This document shows positions 8,159-16,988 of a stretch of DNA of 64,000 bases, in pieces. The stretch's first letter is position 1. Every line of letters begins with the position of its first letter. Made by a program: the position numbers and the translations under genes. This DNA comes from a virus: the IMG/VR virus record IMGVR_UViG_3300046777_002520, positions 127,967 through 191,966 of that record. One strand, written 5' to 3'. The notes under the pieces were generated by a model, which was given only the letters and a program-made list of their open reading frames with translations, had not been told where the DNA came from and searched no databases.

Positions 8159-8977
8159 ATGACTGACCGCTCCAGAATAGCCAGCCCTTTTGAACGAGTC
8201 CGCATTCGCTATTCCGTGGACGGTTCCACTCGCGTGGAGTGGGACCTGTCCAGGCTTTTCACGGACCCTCAGCCCCACACGTTCACGCTGCAGGGTACTC
8301 ACTCCTCCACGGACAACACAACCTTCGCCAACATCGGCCTGCCTGCCCAGAATACCCAGGCTCTTGTGGACGATGAAAAGAGAGTGTTTGCCCAGACCCA
8401 GGACTTCTACTACAGGGTCAAGCTGGTCACACCAGTACGGACTTACTACTCCGAGATTGTCTCTGCCTTCAAGAACCTGAATTTCAGGGACTGGCGACTG
8501 GCCAGGGACGTGCTGCGCAAGGAGCAGCTCAGGCACAGCAAGTACACTTCGTTGCAGGGATTTCTCCTAAAAAGGAAACGTTACGGGTCGCGATGTACTG
8601 CCTGCACGGACTACCTGACGGATGAAGTGACCAACAGCTCATGCGCTGTATGCAACGGTACAGGCATCGTTGATGGCTATTTTGCAGCTGTTCCGTCGTT
8701 TCTTGAGCTGCCTCCCACATCTACACGTGAGGAGATGGACAACGCTCAGGCAGTAGGCACAAAGAAAGACGTCATATACCAAAACTGCAGAATGCTTGGA
8801 GAGCCGATACCTGACAGTTATGATGTCTTTGTAGACAGTGGCAGCGACAGAAGATTTATAATCCACGAGATAACTTCTTCAGCTATCATGCGTGGATACC
8901 CTGTGGCTTTTAACGTGAATGTCAGGCAGGCTAATTTTTCAGATATTGTTTACTCCATACCAATGGAGGGGACATGA
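8159..8977 (+). CDS. putative neck/head-closure protein with CxxC...CxxCxGTG Zn finger
   Basis: CTAC...CAVCNGTG motif; lies between the adaptor and tail-terminator-like genes. Confidence 0.45.
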   Translation: MTDRSRIASPFERVRIRYSVDGSTRVEWDLSRLFTDPQPHTFTLQGTHSSTDNTTFANIGLPAQNTQALVDDEKRVFAQTQDFYYRVKLVTPVRTYYSEIVSAFKNLNFRDWRLARDVLRKEQLRHSKYTSLQGFLLKRKRYGSRCTACTDYLTDEVTNSSCAVCNGTGIVDGYFAAVPSFLELPPTSTREEMDNAQAVGTKKDVIYQNCRMLGEPIPDSYDVFVDSGSDRRFIIHEITSSAIMRGYPVAFNVNVRQANFSDIVYSIPMEGT

Positions 8978-9135
8978 TGGAAAAGCCAGACAAGCAGACC
9001 GAGAAGAAAACAAGCCTGCTGCCCAAAGTAAAGATCATGGACTGGAAACCTGACGAAAGTCTTAACGCCAAGATAAACGAGTCATGGGGTCTGGAGGGCA
9101 GAGATGAGCGATCCTCAGCCGATAGACCCAAGTAA
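8974..9135 (+). CDS. 53-aa hypothetical protein (not in ORF track)
   Basis: ATGA overlap with the previous stop and RBS GGAGGG. Translates MMEKPDKQTEKKTSLLPKVKIMDWKPDESLNAKINESWGLEGRDERSSADRPK. Confidence 0.4.
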   Translation: MMEKPDKQTEKKTSLLPKVKIMDWKPDESLNAKINESWGLEGRDERSSADRPK

Positions 9136-9730
9136 ACCGAGCAACTGGTGCAGCATAGCGCCCAGACCCCATCTGATGACTGGGTTCTTCAGGGAGTGGT
9201 TTATCAACCACTTTGCCAACCCTGACAACATTGAAGCCAAAGAGCTTAGAGGAAAGCTGTGGAAGGCAGTACCTTCTACAGATATAGTCGTTGAATCTAT
9301 CACTCAATGGCGTCCAGACTTGACGCAAAAAAGACCCGCAATCATAATTAAACGTAATGACTGGCAAGTTAATCGCGTAAGTATACGTGACGAGCTGCAC
9401 GGCACAATAAACTGGGATGGCTCAAAAGACTATGCGGTAATGGTATCTGGAAGCCATACACTTTTTTGCCTTGCTGGAAAAGGCGCAGAAGCCGAGATAT
9501 TAGCTGGTGAAGTATACAGAGACTTGATGCAGTTCGCACCAGTCATCAGAGACGAACTAGCTTTAATCAAGTTTGTAGTGGTTTCTGTAGGCAGTCTTTT
9601 TGAGCTTGAAGAAGCCAGAGAGATTTACGGAGTACCTGTCACAGTGTCCTATGTTGCAGGTGAATCTTGGAAGATTATACCGCAAGCGCCGGTTTTAAAA
9701 AGTATTGTGTTATCTAAGTTCATTCCTTAA
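9104..9730 (+). CDS. putative tail terminator/completion protein
   Basis: 208 aa directly upstream of the sheath, with an alpha/beta pattern (RPAIIIKR...HTLFCLA...AEILA) like tail terminators. Confidence 0.5.
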   Translation: MSDPQPIDPSKPSNWCSIAPRPHLMTGFFREWFINHFANPDNIEAKELRGKLWKAVPSTDIVVESITQWRPDLTQKRPAIIIKRNDWQVNRVSIRDELHGTINWDGSKDYAVMVSGSHTLFCLAGKGAEAEILAGEVYRDLMQFAPVIRDELALIKFVVVSVGSLFELEEAREIYGVPVTVSYVAGESWKIIPQAPVLKSIVLSKFIP

Positions 9731-9776
9731 ACTAAGAGTTAGATAGCGTGTCTAATCAGACACAACGGAGGAGATC

Positions 9777-12467
9777 ATGGCTTACGTTCTTCCACAGGTT
9801 ACAGTATTCCAAGAGTTCAACATTGTTCCTGCCAATGCAGCAGCTCCAAGAGCTGTTCACATTACTGGCGGGCACGCTAAGCTTTTCCGTTACAGCAACG
9901 CTGACGAAAAAGCCATCATCAACCTTGGTGAATACGACAGCGTAGCCGACCAGGCTTACCTGTGGCCCGAGCGACCTGCTGGCGGCGTGGTGGATCACAC
10001 CTTCACCAAGCTGTACGTTGAAGACGCTCTTCTTGAGTACTACGTCAACAACGCCAGCTCTGGCAATGCCGTGGCTCCTGTCTCTGGCTACAAGAACCGC
10101 GTTCGCGATTCTGGCACCAGCTTCAAGACCAACACCGCCAGCTATCCCCGTTCAGCCGCCCTGTACGACCGTGACGCCAAGGTTGGCGACTACGTCTACA
10201 TTCGTGGCGTCTCTAGCGGCACCGAGTACACGCTCAACACCACGATCCGTGGTTTCGTGGGTGACGCTGTGGCCGCTGTGACTGGCGCTGCCTCCTCCGC
10301 TGGCAGCAACAAGGCCAGCCAGAGCCTGTCCACCAACATCGACATCCTCGGCCTGAAGAACTCGATCACCCTGACCGCCGACGCTTCCGGTTACAACGGC
10401 CTGGAAGACGGCGACATCGACGAGTCCTACACCGTCGAGGTGACCCAGAGCTCCATCGGCGGCGACCTGACCACAGCTCGCCTGCGCGTGACCAGCTCCA
10501 GCGGCAACGACAACCAGTTCGACGTGAACTCCACCGCGTCGGCCAGCTCTCATGCCGACGGCGAAGACATCAGCCCGAACGACCTGGTGGTCGGTCAGAA
10601 GTGGCGCGTCCGCGTGAAGCAGGCCTTCACTCCCCCGTCGGCAACCTCGGGCGGCACCTACACCGGCCTGCGCGACACCACCTACATCGTCCAAGTGACC
10701 AAGGGCGGCACCTACGCTTCCAGCCCCGAAATCACCGTCAGCACCACCACCGGCTACGACGTCGGCTCCCCTGTCGTCGTGTCGGCATCCGCCACGGCTG
10801 TCGCCGTCGGTAACTACGGTGTCACCGTCAGCTTCAACCAGACTGCCCTCTGCAAGGGCGACAAGTACTACATTGTCGTCACCGCCGCAGGTCAGGGTGC
10901 CATGAAGACCCTGATTCTGGCCGACGACCTGCCCGAAGAGCTGGAGTCCGCAGTTGACCTCGACCTGAAGCTGTACATCAAGAAGAACATCCTTGTCGAG
11001 AAGAACCTCGAAGCCGACGCCCCCAACGTCGCTTACACGGTCAGCGACACGGAGATCACCGTCCAGTCTGGCATCATGCTGCACGACAGCACCTGGACCG
11101 ACGCTGGCGCTCTGCAGCCCTTGCCGCTGAAGGGCGGCACCCTGTTCGTTGAGTACAGAGCCTGGCTTCCCGACTACGTCGCCACCGTCGAGAGCATCAC
11201 CGATCCCGCCGAGATCTCCTCGCTGCTCGGTCAGCTCAGCCCCGACAACCCGCTCTGCTGGGGCGTCTACCTGGCCCTGCAGAACGCCAACGGCCAGCCT
11301 GTGTTCTTCACATCGGTCACCGACCCTGACAACGTGGACGACTGGACCATCGCCCTCGAAGGTCTGGACGGGCAGGACCAGATCTACAACCTGGTGCCGC
11401 TGACGACCAACGAGACCGTGCTCGGCCTGTGGAAAGCCCACGTCGAGTCGCAGTCCGGTCCTGAAGTAGGCAACTGGCGCGCCGCCGTCTTCAGCATCGC
11501 CGTCACAGGCGTCAAGAAGATCCTCAGCGACGCCAACAGCGTGGACGGCAATGTCATCCTCGCCAAGCTGGCCGACGACAACACCACCTCGGGCACGCAG
11601 TACACCCTGCTGTCGGTTCCCGCCAACAACGCCAAGTTCCTCACGAAGGGCGTCAAGGCTGGCGACACCGTCCGCTACCTGTACAGCACCGACGCCTTCG
11701 GTCAGGAAACCTACAGCGAGTTCGTCGTTGACGAGGTCCTGTCCGAGTCCAGCATCCGTCTGGTGACTGGCAACGGCAGCCCCATCACCGTCGGTCAGAA
11801 GGTCGAAATCTGGCGCACCCTGGATCGCGCCGGTCGCGCAGCTGAGGCCATCGAGCAGATCGGTGCCCACAGCAGCCGCCGCGTGGTTGTCATCGCCAAC
11901 CCGACCGTGGGCCTGGAAGGCGCTACCTTCCCAGGCTACTTCGCAGCCTGCGCCGTGGCTGGTCTTCGCTCGGGCGTCCTGCCCCAGCAGGGCCTGACCA
12001 GGGTCACCATCTCCGGTATCGATGACGTTGGCGAGCTTGTCACCGAGTTGAACGGCAGCCAGCTCAACCTGATTGCCGGTGCCGGTGGTTGGATTCTCGC
12101 CAAGGACGCTACTGGCTCGATCTTCAACCGTCACGCCATCACCACCGACACGACTGACACCAACACTCGTGAAGAGGTGATTCGCGTCAACGTTGACTCG
12201 ATCTCCTACCAGTACAAGGCAGCCTTCGAGCCTTATATCGGTAGAGTCAACATCACACCTGGCACTCTCGACCTGCTTCGACAGCGCTTTGAAATGATGA
12301 CCGAAGAGCTGCGCGTCAACGGTACTCCCAACACAGGCGGTCAGCTTATCTCTGCTGAGATTGCTGACATCCGCCAGCACGCAGTGTTCAAGGACAAGGT
12401 TGTGATTCAGGCCAACCTGAACATTCCTTACCCGATGAACAACATCGAACTGAAGCTGGTTGTCTGA
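9777..12467 (+). CDS. tail sheath protein
   Basis: 896 aa with RBS GGAGGAG and strong codon bias. C-terminal sheath-like region (RVNVDSISYQYKAAFEPYIGRVNIT...QANLNIPYPMNNIELKLVV). Followed by a tube-sized gene. Confidence 0.85.
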   Translation: MAYVLPQVTVFQEFNIVPANAAAPRAVHITGGHAKLFRYSNADEKAIINLGEYDSVADQAYLWPERPAGGVVDHTFTKLYVEDALLEYYVNNASSGNAVAPVSGYKNRVRDSGTSFKTNTASYPRSAALYDRDAKVGDYVYIRGVSSGTEYTLNTTIRGFVGDAVAAVTGAASSAGSNKASQSLSTNIDILGLKNSITLTADASGYNGLEDGDIDESYTVEVTQSSIGGDLTTARLRVTSSSGNDNQFDVNSTASASSHADGEDISPNDLVVGQKWRVRVKQAFTPPSATSGGTYTGLRDTTYIVQVTKGGTYASSPEITVSTTTGYDVGSPVVVSASATAVAVGNYGVTVSFNQTALCKGDKYYIVVTAAGQGAMKTLILADDLPEELESAVDLDLKLYIKKNILVEKNLEADAPNVAYTVSDTEITVQSGIMLHDSTWTDAGALQPLPLKGGTLFVEYRAWLPDYVATVESITDPAEISSLLGQLSPDNPLCWGVYLALQNANGQPVFFTSVTDPDNVDDWTIALEGLDGQDQIYNLVPLTTNETVLGLWKAHVESQSGPEVGNWRAAVFSIAVTGVKKILSDANSVDGNVILAKLADDNTTSGTQYTLLSVPANNAKFLTKGVKAGDTVRYLYSTDAFGQETYSEFVVDEVLSESSIRLVTGNGSPITVGQKVEIWRTLDRAGRAAEAIEQIGAHSSRRVVVIANPTVGLEGATFPGYFAACAVAGLRSGVLPQQGLTRVTISGIDDVGELVTELNGSQLNLIAGAGGWILAKDATGSIFNRHAITTDTTDTNTREEVIRVNVDSISYQYKAAFEPYIGRVNITPGTLDLLRQRFEMMTEELRVNGTPNTGGQLISAEIADIRQHAVFKDKVVIQANLNIPYPMNNIELKLVV

Positions 12468-12491
12468 TCTACCTTAAGGAGGTAACTTTCG

Positions 12492-12950
12492 ATGGCAGAC
12501 GTATTTGGAAGAAACGACGGCGGCACAGCCGGTGTATTCCTGAGCGAAGGCGGTAGCACCAGCGTTAACGGCGAGGGTGCTAACCTCCTGTTGCAGAATG
12601 TCCAGGTGACCTACCAGCGCCCTATCAACTTCATCTTCGGCCTTGGTGACACCAAGCGCTACATGGTGGTTGGTCGTGCGCAGGGCAGCTTCAGCATCGG
12701 CCGCATCGTCGGCCCTGCTCCAGCCAACGCTAACTTCTTGAAGGGTATGGCCGATCCTTGCGCCAATCCTAGAGGTGCCAGCGTCACCCTGAAGCTGGGC
12801 GGCGGTTGCCCCATCGGCCAGGGTGCCAACAATGTTACCCTGAGTCTTGGCGGTGCCTTCCTTACCAGCGTGGGCTACTCCATCCAGGCTCAGGACGTTA
12901 TGATTAACGAAAACCTGCAGGGCATCTGCTCGACTGTAAGCGTCGCCTAA
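12492..12950 (+). CDS. tail tube protein
   Basis: 152 aa, RBS AAGGAGGT, immediately after the sheath. Beta-rich pattern (LLLQNVQVTYQR...GRAQGSFSIGRIVG). Confidence 0.7.
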   Translation: MADVFGRNDGGTAGVFLSEGGSTSVNGEGANLLLQNVQVTYQRPINFIFGLGDTKRYMVVGRAQGSFSIGRIVGPAPANANFLKGMADPCANPRGASVTLKLGGGCPIGQGANNVTLSLGGAFLTSVGYSIQAQDVMINENLQGICSTVSVA

Positions 12951-12981
12951 TGCAGTCTTATCGTTAAGAAAGACGGTTGCT

Positions 12982-15606
12982 ATGGCCTCTCCTATCAAAC
13001 TAGCCGAGATCTTGCAGTTCCTAATTGGCGAGACAAAAAGGCTGGCGGCAAGAATTGACGGTGTGGACTACACCAACAATAACCTGCCAAAGAGAGACCC
13101 TAGCAATCAGTTAACCTCAAGTCGGACACCAGCTGGTATTTCATACCGGTTGGTGTCCGGTTCCATTATTGACACCATAGGAACCACTGGTTGGTACGGT
13201 GTTCAGACAGACGACAACATGAATGTCGCCTGTAACGCCCTGAGCGAAACATCTCTGGCTCTGGTGGGCGTGAAGAAGATAGGAGCCATACAGCCAGGCT
13301 GCAGAGTCTTCGTCATCCTCAACGAGCAGCTACGGCACGGCACTATTATCGGTGTGATTCCTGTGGTGTCTCCTCCTGACGCCGTGAGAATCCACGACTA
13401 TGTTTCTCAAGTGTCAACAAACAACATGCTCTTTGACACCTTCCTGGCGCATCACGCCTTCAGGGTGCCCAAGCCACTACAGTACGAAAACCACGCACCC
13501 ATCGACGAGACTGCTCTCGGAGAATGGGGACGGATCAACGAGTCTGGCGGTGCTGTGTTCCTGGACTCGTTCATGGCTTTTCTCAGGTCTGACGAGAACT
13601 GCGGATTCTGGGCGTTCTGGCACGACCAGCTGGCCCGAATGCAGGGCCACAACCTGCAGCTCAGATCACCAGCCCTGGACCTTTACGCCTTCGATGACGA
13701 GGACGAGCTCTCCATCATAAAAGGCGTCGCCACATACCTGTGGGAGGCGCTTGGCAGGTTTGAGCCTGGCAAGATAGCCAACCTGCGCTCAGAGGAAGAA
13801 ATCAACCAGGTGGTCAACGCCGAGTATGCGTTGGCAGACCCCATCGACAACGCACAGGTGCCTTTCCACAGGCTGCGAACGTTTGAAGGTTACCTGGGTC
13901 AGGGTTTCAAGAGACAGCTCAGGCTGCCTCCCCAGCAGCTGTCTGGTAACACGATCAACACGCTTACGGAGCCCAAGACAGGCCCGTCCGTCTGGGAAGA
14001 GCACCTGGCTCTGGACGGCAACTACCACATCGTTTCGTCTCAGGGCATATTTATCGCCCACGCGCCCGTGTTCCAAACGCCTGTGCAGAAGAAGCTGCCA
14101 GAAGATCCCACAGGGGATACAGCCAAGAGCGGTTACTCCAGAGACAAGGCGAAGATCAAGCCAGGTCCAGACCGCAACACCAGGCTGGACGGCATCGGAC
14201 CAGCCCTGACGGCCAACGACGAGCTCGCTTACGGCCTGCAGTGGCGGTCTGCGCATCCGTTTTACTACCGAGAGAAAGACTGGAAGATCGAAGAGGACAA
14301 CAGGCAGCACATTCCTCCTGTGCCTGACTTCGGGACGCTGAGAAACGCCCAGTACCTCAACAAGACGCAGCCAGAGCTGCTCAACGTGGACCAGCGTGAG
14401 CAGCAGGCCGAGTTTTACAAGACGCTCAGCTTCCTCTCCATCCTGCGCGACGGGACTGTGGTGATCGCTGGCCCAGGCGGCGAAGAGATCCGCATGGGTG
14501 GTGGCAACATCGAGATCAGCTGCCCAGGCGATATACAGCTGAGACCAGGGCGCAGCTGCGTGACTCTGGCAGGCAGGGACGCCATCGTCAGGGCCAACAA
14601 GAACGTTGAGCTGTCTGCCAACACGGAAGACGTGCGGATCAAGTCAGACAGAAACATGCAGATAATGGCTGGCAACTCGGGTGTCGGCGGGTTACTGCTG
14701 GAAAGCAGAAGCACAGGAGAGTTGCAGGATTACACCAAGGTAGGCAGCGAAGTTGTCTCCAATGGCGTGACTATAAAAGCCAAGTCTTTTGTGTCTTGCC
14801 TTGGTAGAGACGTATACCTGAGAAGCCACGATACAGGTTACGGCATAGGCCAGGTTATTATCGATGCAGGTGCTGGCGAAGGTAGCATCGTCACTACATC
14901 TAGAGACACAATTAACTACAACGTCAACAACATACAGCAATACTTCGGACCTCCAGACGCACCGACAGGGGTTAACCAGTACACGGACACAATATCGCGG
15001 CTGGCTGGCGGTTTTGTCTGCAGCTACGGGTCTGTTGCTTATATTAACGGCGGTTTAGTAACAAAAGGCCAGGTAGCTATAATCGACGGTCACGTAGCCA
15101 GTACGGCTGACACGCCTTATGTCGGCACGATTAAGGGCGAGGCTCTTGATCAAGCCAGGGCTGCTTTTGAAGAGCTGGCGCAGCAGGAAGAGACATCCAA
15201 GCAGCAGGCTGCTGACAGCTACGAGACCTCCGTGACCGAAAGGCTGCATGGCGAGAATAAAATAGGTAACGAGAAGGTTCTCAAGCAGATTGGCTTCTCG
15301 TTTAGGACGACTGATCAGTACAAGGCTGGCAACTTCACGCTCTTTGAAAGCCGATGGGCGCAGATAGCCAGAGGGTCTGGCCAGCCTTCGGTTTACTGGC
15401 AAGAGAAGATAGTCAAGGCAAACGAGCGCAACACCATGCCGTATCCTGGCTTTGAGGCTTGGACAGGCAGCTCGGCTTATTGCAAAGTAGATAACAAGCT
15501 GTACACTGAAACAGGTCCAGAGCCTACTGGCAAGGTTTACGAAGACGCTCCAAGTTCAGAACAGTCGAAAACAGCTGCAGAAAACAGCTATCCTGTGATT
15601 GCTTGA
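12982..15606 (+). CDS. putative baseplate hub/spike (VgrG/gp5-like) protein
   Basis: 874 aa. N-terminal OB-fold-like segment (PGCRVFVIL), then a beta-helix-like repeat region (GNIEISCPGDIQLRPGRSCVTLAGRDAIVRANKNVELSA). Confidence 0.55.
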   Translation: MASPIKLAEILQFLIGETKRLAARIDGVDYTNNNLPKRDPSNQLTSSRTPAGISYRLVSGSIIDTIGTTGWYGVQTDDNMNVACNALSETSLALVGVKKIGAIQPGCRVFVILNEQLRHGTIIGVIPVVSPPDAVRIHDYVSQVSTNNMLFDTFLAHHAFRVPKPLQYENHAPIDETALGEWGRINESGGAVFLDSFMAFLRSDENCGFWAFWHDQLARMQGHNLQLRSPALDLYAFDDEDELSIIKGVATYLWEALGRFEPGKIANLRSEEEINQVVNAEYALADPIDNAQVPFHRLRTFEGYLGQGFKRQLRLPPQQLSGNTINTLTEPKTGPSVWEEHLALDGNYHIVSSQGIFIAHAPVFQTPVQKKLPEDPTGDTAKSGYSRDKAKIKPGPDRNTRLDGIGPALTANDELAYGLQWRSAHPFYYREKDWKIEEDNRQHIPPVPDFGTLRNAQYLNKTQPELLNVDQREQQAEFYKTLSFLSILRDGTVVIAGPGGEEIRMGGGNIEISCPGDIQLRPGRSCVTLAGRDAIVRANKNVELSANTEDVRIKSDRNMQIMAGNSGVGGLLLESRSTGELQDYTKVGSEVVSNGVTIKAKSFVSCLGRDVYLRSHDTGYGIGQVIIDAGAGEGSIVTTSRDTINYNVNNIQQYFGPPDAPTGVNQYTDTISRLAGGFVCSYGSVAYINGGLVTKGQVAIIDGHVASTADTPYVGTIKGEALDQARAAFEELAQQEETSKQQAADSYETSVTERLHGENKIGNEKVLKQIGFSFRTTDQYKAGNFTLFESRWAQIARGSGQPSVYWQEKIVKANERNTMPYPGFEAWTGSSAYCKVDNKLYTETGPEPTGKVYEDAPSSEQSKTAAENSYPVIA

Positions 15607-15616
15607 AAGGGAAAAG

Positions 15617-16612
15617 ATGGATAAGCCAATCAAGAAACTGACTTCGTTCAAGAAGCTGCCTGCCGTTTCCCCAGCTTCCAAGCCAGAGATTACTCCGACG
15701 AGTGCTTCCGTGGCACCTGCTGAGAAGATGTCCAGCAAGGTCTCTCTGACGGAGTTTGAAAAGGAAGCGCTTAGCAAGCTTGGCGTTGAGGGAGACGTCA
15801 CCGTACTGCCAGCCAACATCGCGGAGAAGATAGAGGCTGTCGGCGCAGGGCTGGGCAACACCATCAACTTCGACGATCTGCCAGAAGACAAGAAGAAGGA
15901 AATCGCTGAGTTTATCAAGCAAGCTCCTGCGCAGAAAGCTGAAGAAGCTTCCAACAACTTCAACGCGGTTTCTAGTGGTGTAAACATTCCCAAGCCCGTC
16001 ATCATCGACGATCTGGAAGAAAAGGCCAAGGTTGAGAAAGAGCCAGAAGCGGAACTGCCACCTCTGAATGGCGCTTCCGTGATCTGCCCACACTGCGGCT
16101 GGGATACGCGCAAGGAAGACCTGACCGAAGTCACCAAAGAAGACAAGATAAACTTTGTTCAGACCGTCCTTGGCGGTCTCAGGTTCAAGAAAACCTACGA
16201 GCTGTTTGGCGGTAAGCTGCGTGTCACTTTCAGGACTCTCACCACGGCAGAGTCCGACATGGCTTACAAGCAGATAATCACAGACTCGCAGAAAGACATC
16301 AGAAACTACTCGATAGGAGACACGTCTTTCTACTGGAAGACGCTTATGGCTTACAGAGCCGTCATGGCTATCGAAAAGGTGGAAAGCGATTACAACGTCG
16401 TGGAAGTGCCGCCTATTGCTGAGATCGACGTTGATCCACCAGAAGGGGCGAACACCAAAGTATTTGCTGTTTTCGATAGCCTCGTTGAGCAGATTATGCC
16501 CAACGAAGCTATGCGAAACGCCATCGCTCACACGTACACAGAATTTAACTCACTGTGTGAAAAACTTCAATCCATGGCTGAATCAAAGGATTTTTGGAAC
16601 GCGATCAAATAG
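15617..16612 (+). CDS. putative tail assembly chaperone (G-like) with CPHC motif
   Basis: ATG 15617 after AAAGGGAAA; two ORFs before the tape measure gene. Confidence 0.5.
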   Translation: MDKPIKKLTSFKKLPAVSPASKPEITPTSASVAPAEKMSSKVSLTEFEKEALSKLGVEGDVTVLPANIAEKIEAVGAGLGNTINFDDLPEDKKKEIAEFIKQAPAQKAEEASNNFNAVSSGVNIPKPVIIDDLEEKAKVEKEPEAELPPLNGASVICPHCGWDTRKEDLTEVTKEDKINFVQTVLGGLRFKKTYELFGGKLRVTFRTLTTAESDMAYKQIITDSQKDIRNYSIGDTSFYWKTLMAYRAVMAIEKVESDYNVVEVPPIAEIDVDPPEGANTKVFAVFDSLVEQIMPNEAMRNAIAHTYTEFNSLCEKLQSMAESKDFWNAIK

Positions 16613-16986
16613 CGTCCCTGTTTACAGGGATGGCAGTCGATGGCGTTGTAGACTTCTCCAAAGCCAATCTATCTGATCGCAACTGGAACATTCGACTGCT
16701 GTTGCTATCTAGGGCATACAAGAATAGCAAAGAAGCAGCCTATCTGGCTATGTGCTTCCAGCGAACCGTTGCTGGCATTGGCTACGGTAATGCTGAATTT
16801 GCCAAGAAGTGTATAGAGCATTCTGAAGAGCTTGTTGACAAGTTCAACAAGCTGAATATGCCTTGGCTTGATACAGACACAGCCCCAAAAACTAAATACA
16901 ATGAGTATTTAAGTGCTATAGAAGAATACAAGAGACGCTTTGGCAACGAGAATAAAGACGCCTCCAATGCCCAAGAGGGTAAATAA
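16594..16986 (+). CDS. putative second chaperone segment (T-like); start uncertain
   Basis: Lies in the -1 frame relative to the previous gene and overlaps its end. Only a weakly placed TTG start or a downstream ATG (16630). Directly precedes the tape measure gene. Confidence 0.45.
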   Translation: MERDQIASLFTGMAVDGVVDFSKANLSDRNWNIRLLLLSRAYKNSKEAAYLAMCFQRTVAGIGYGNAEFAKKCIEHSEELVDKFNKLNMPWLDTDTAPKTKYNEYLSAIEEYKRRFGNENKDASNAQEGK

Positions 16987-16988
16987 CC

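Noticed and set aside
10152-12380. 742-aa antisense ORF opposite the sheath (also 26517-27728, 30691-32295, 49091-50134, 15524-16531, 1908-2750)
   Set aside because: Shadow frames expected from strong C/G third-position bias in the real + strand genes; no RBS, no motifs, V/G/D-biased composition.
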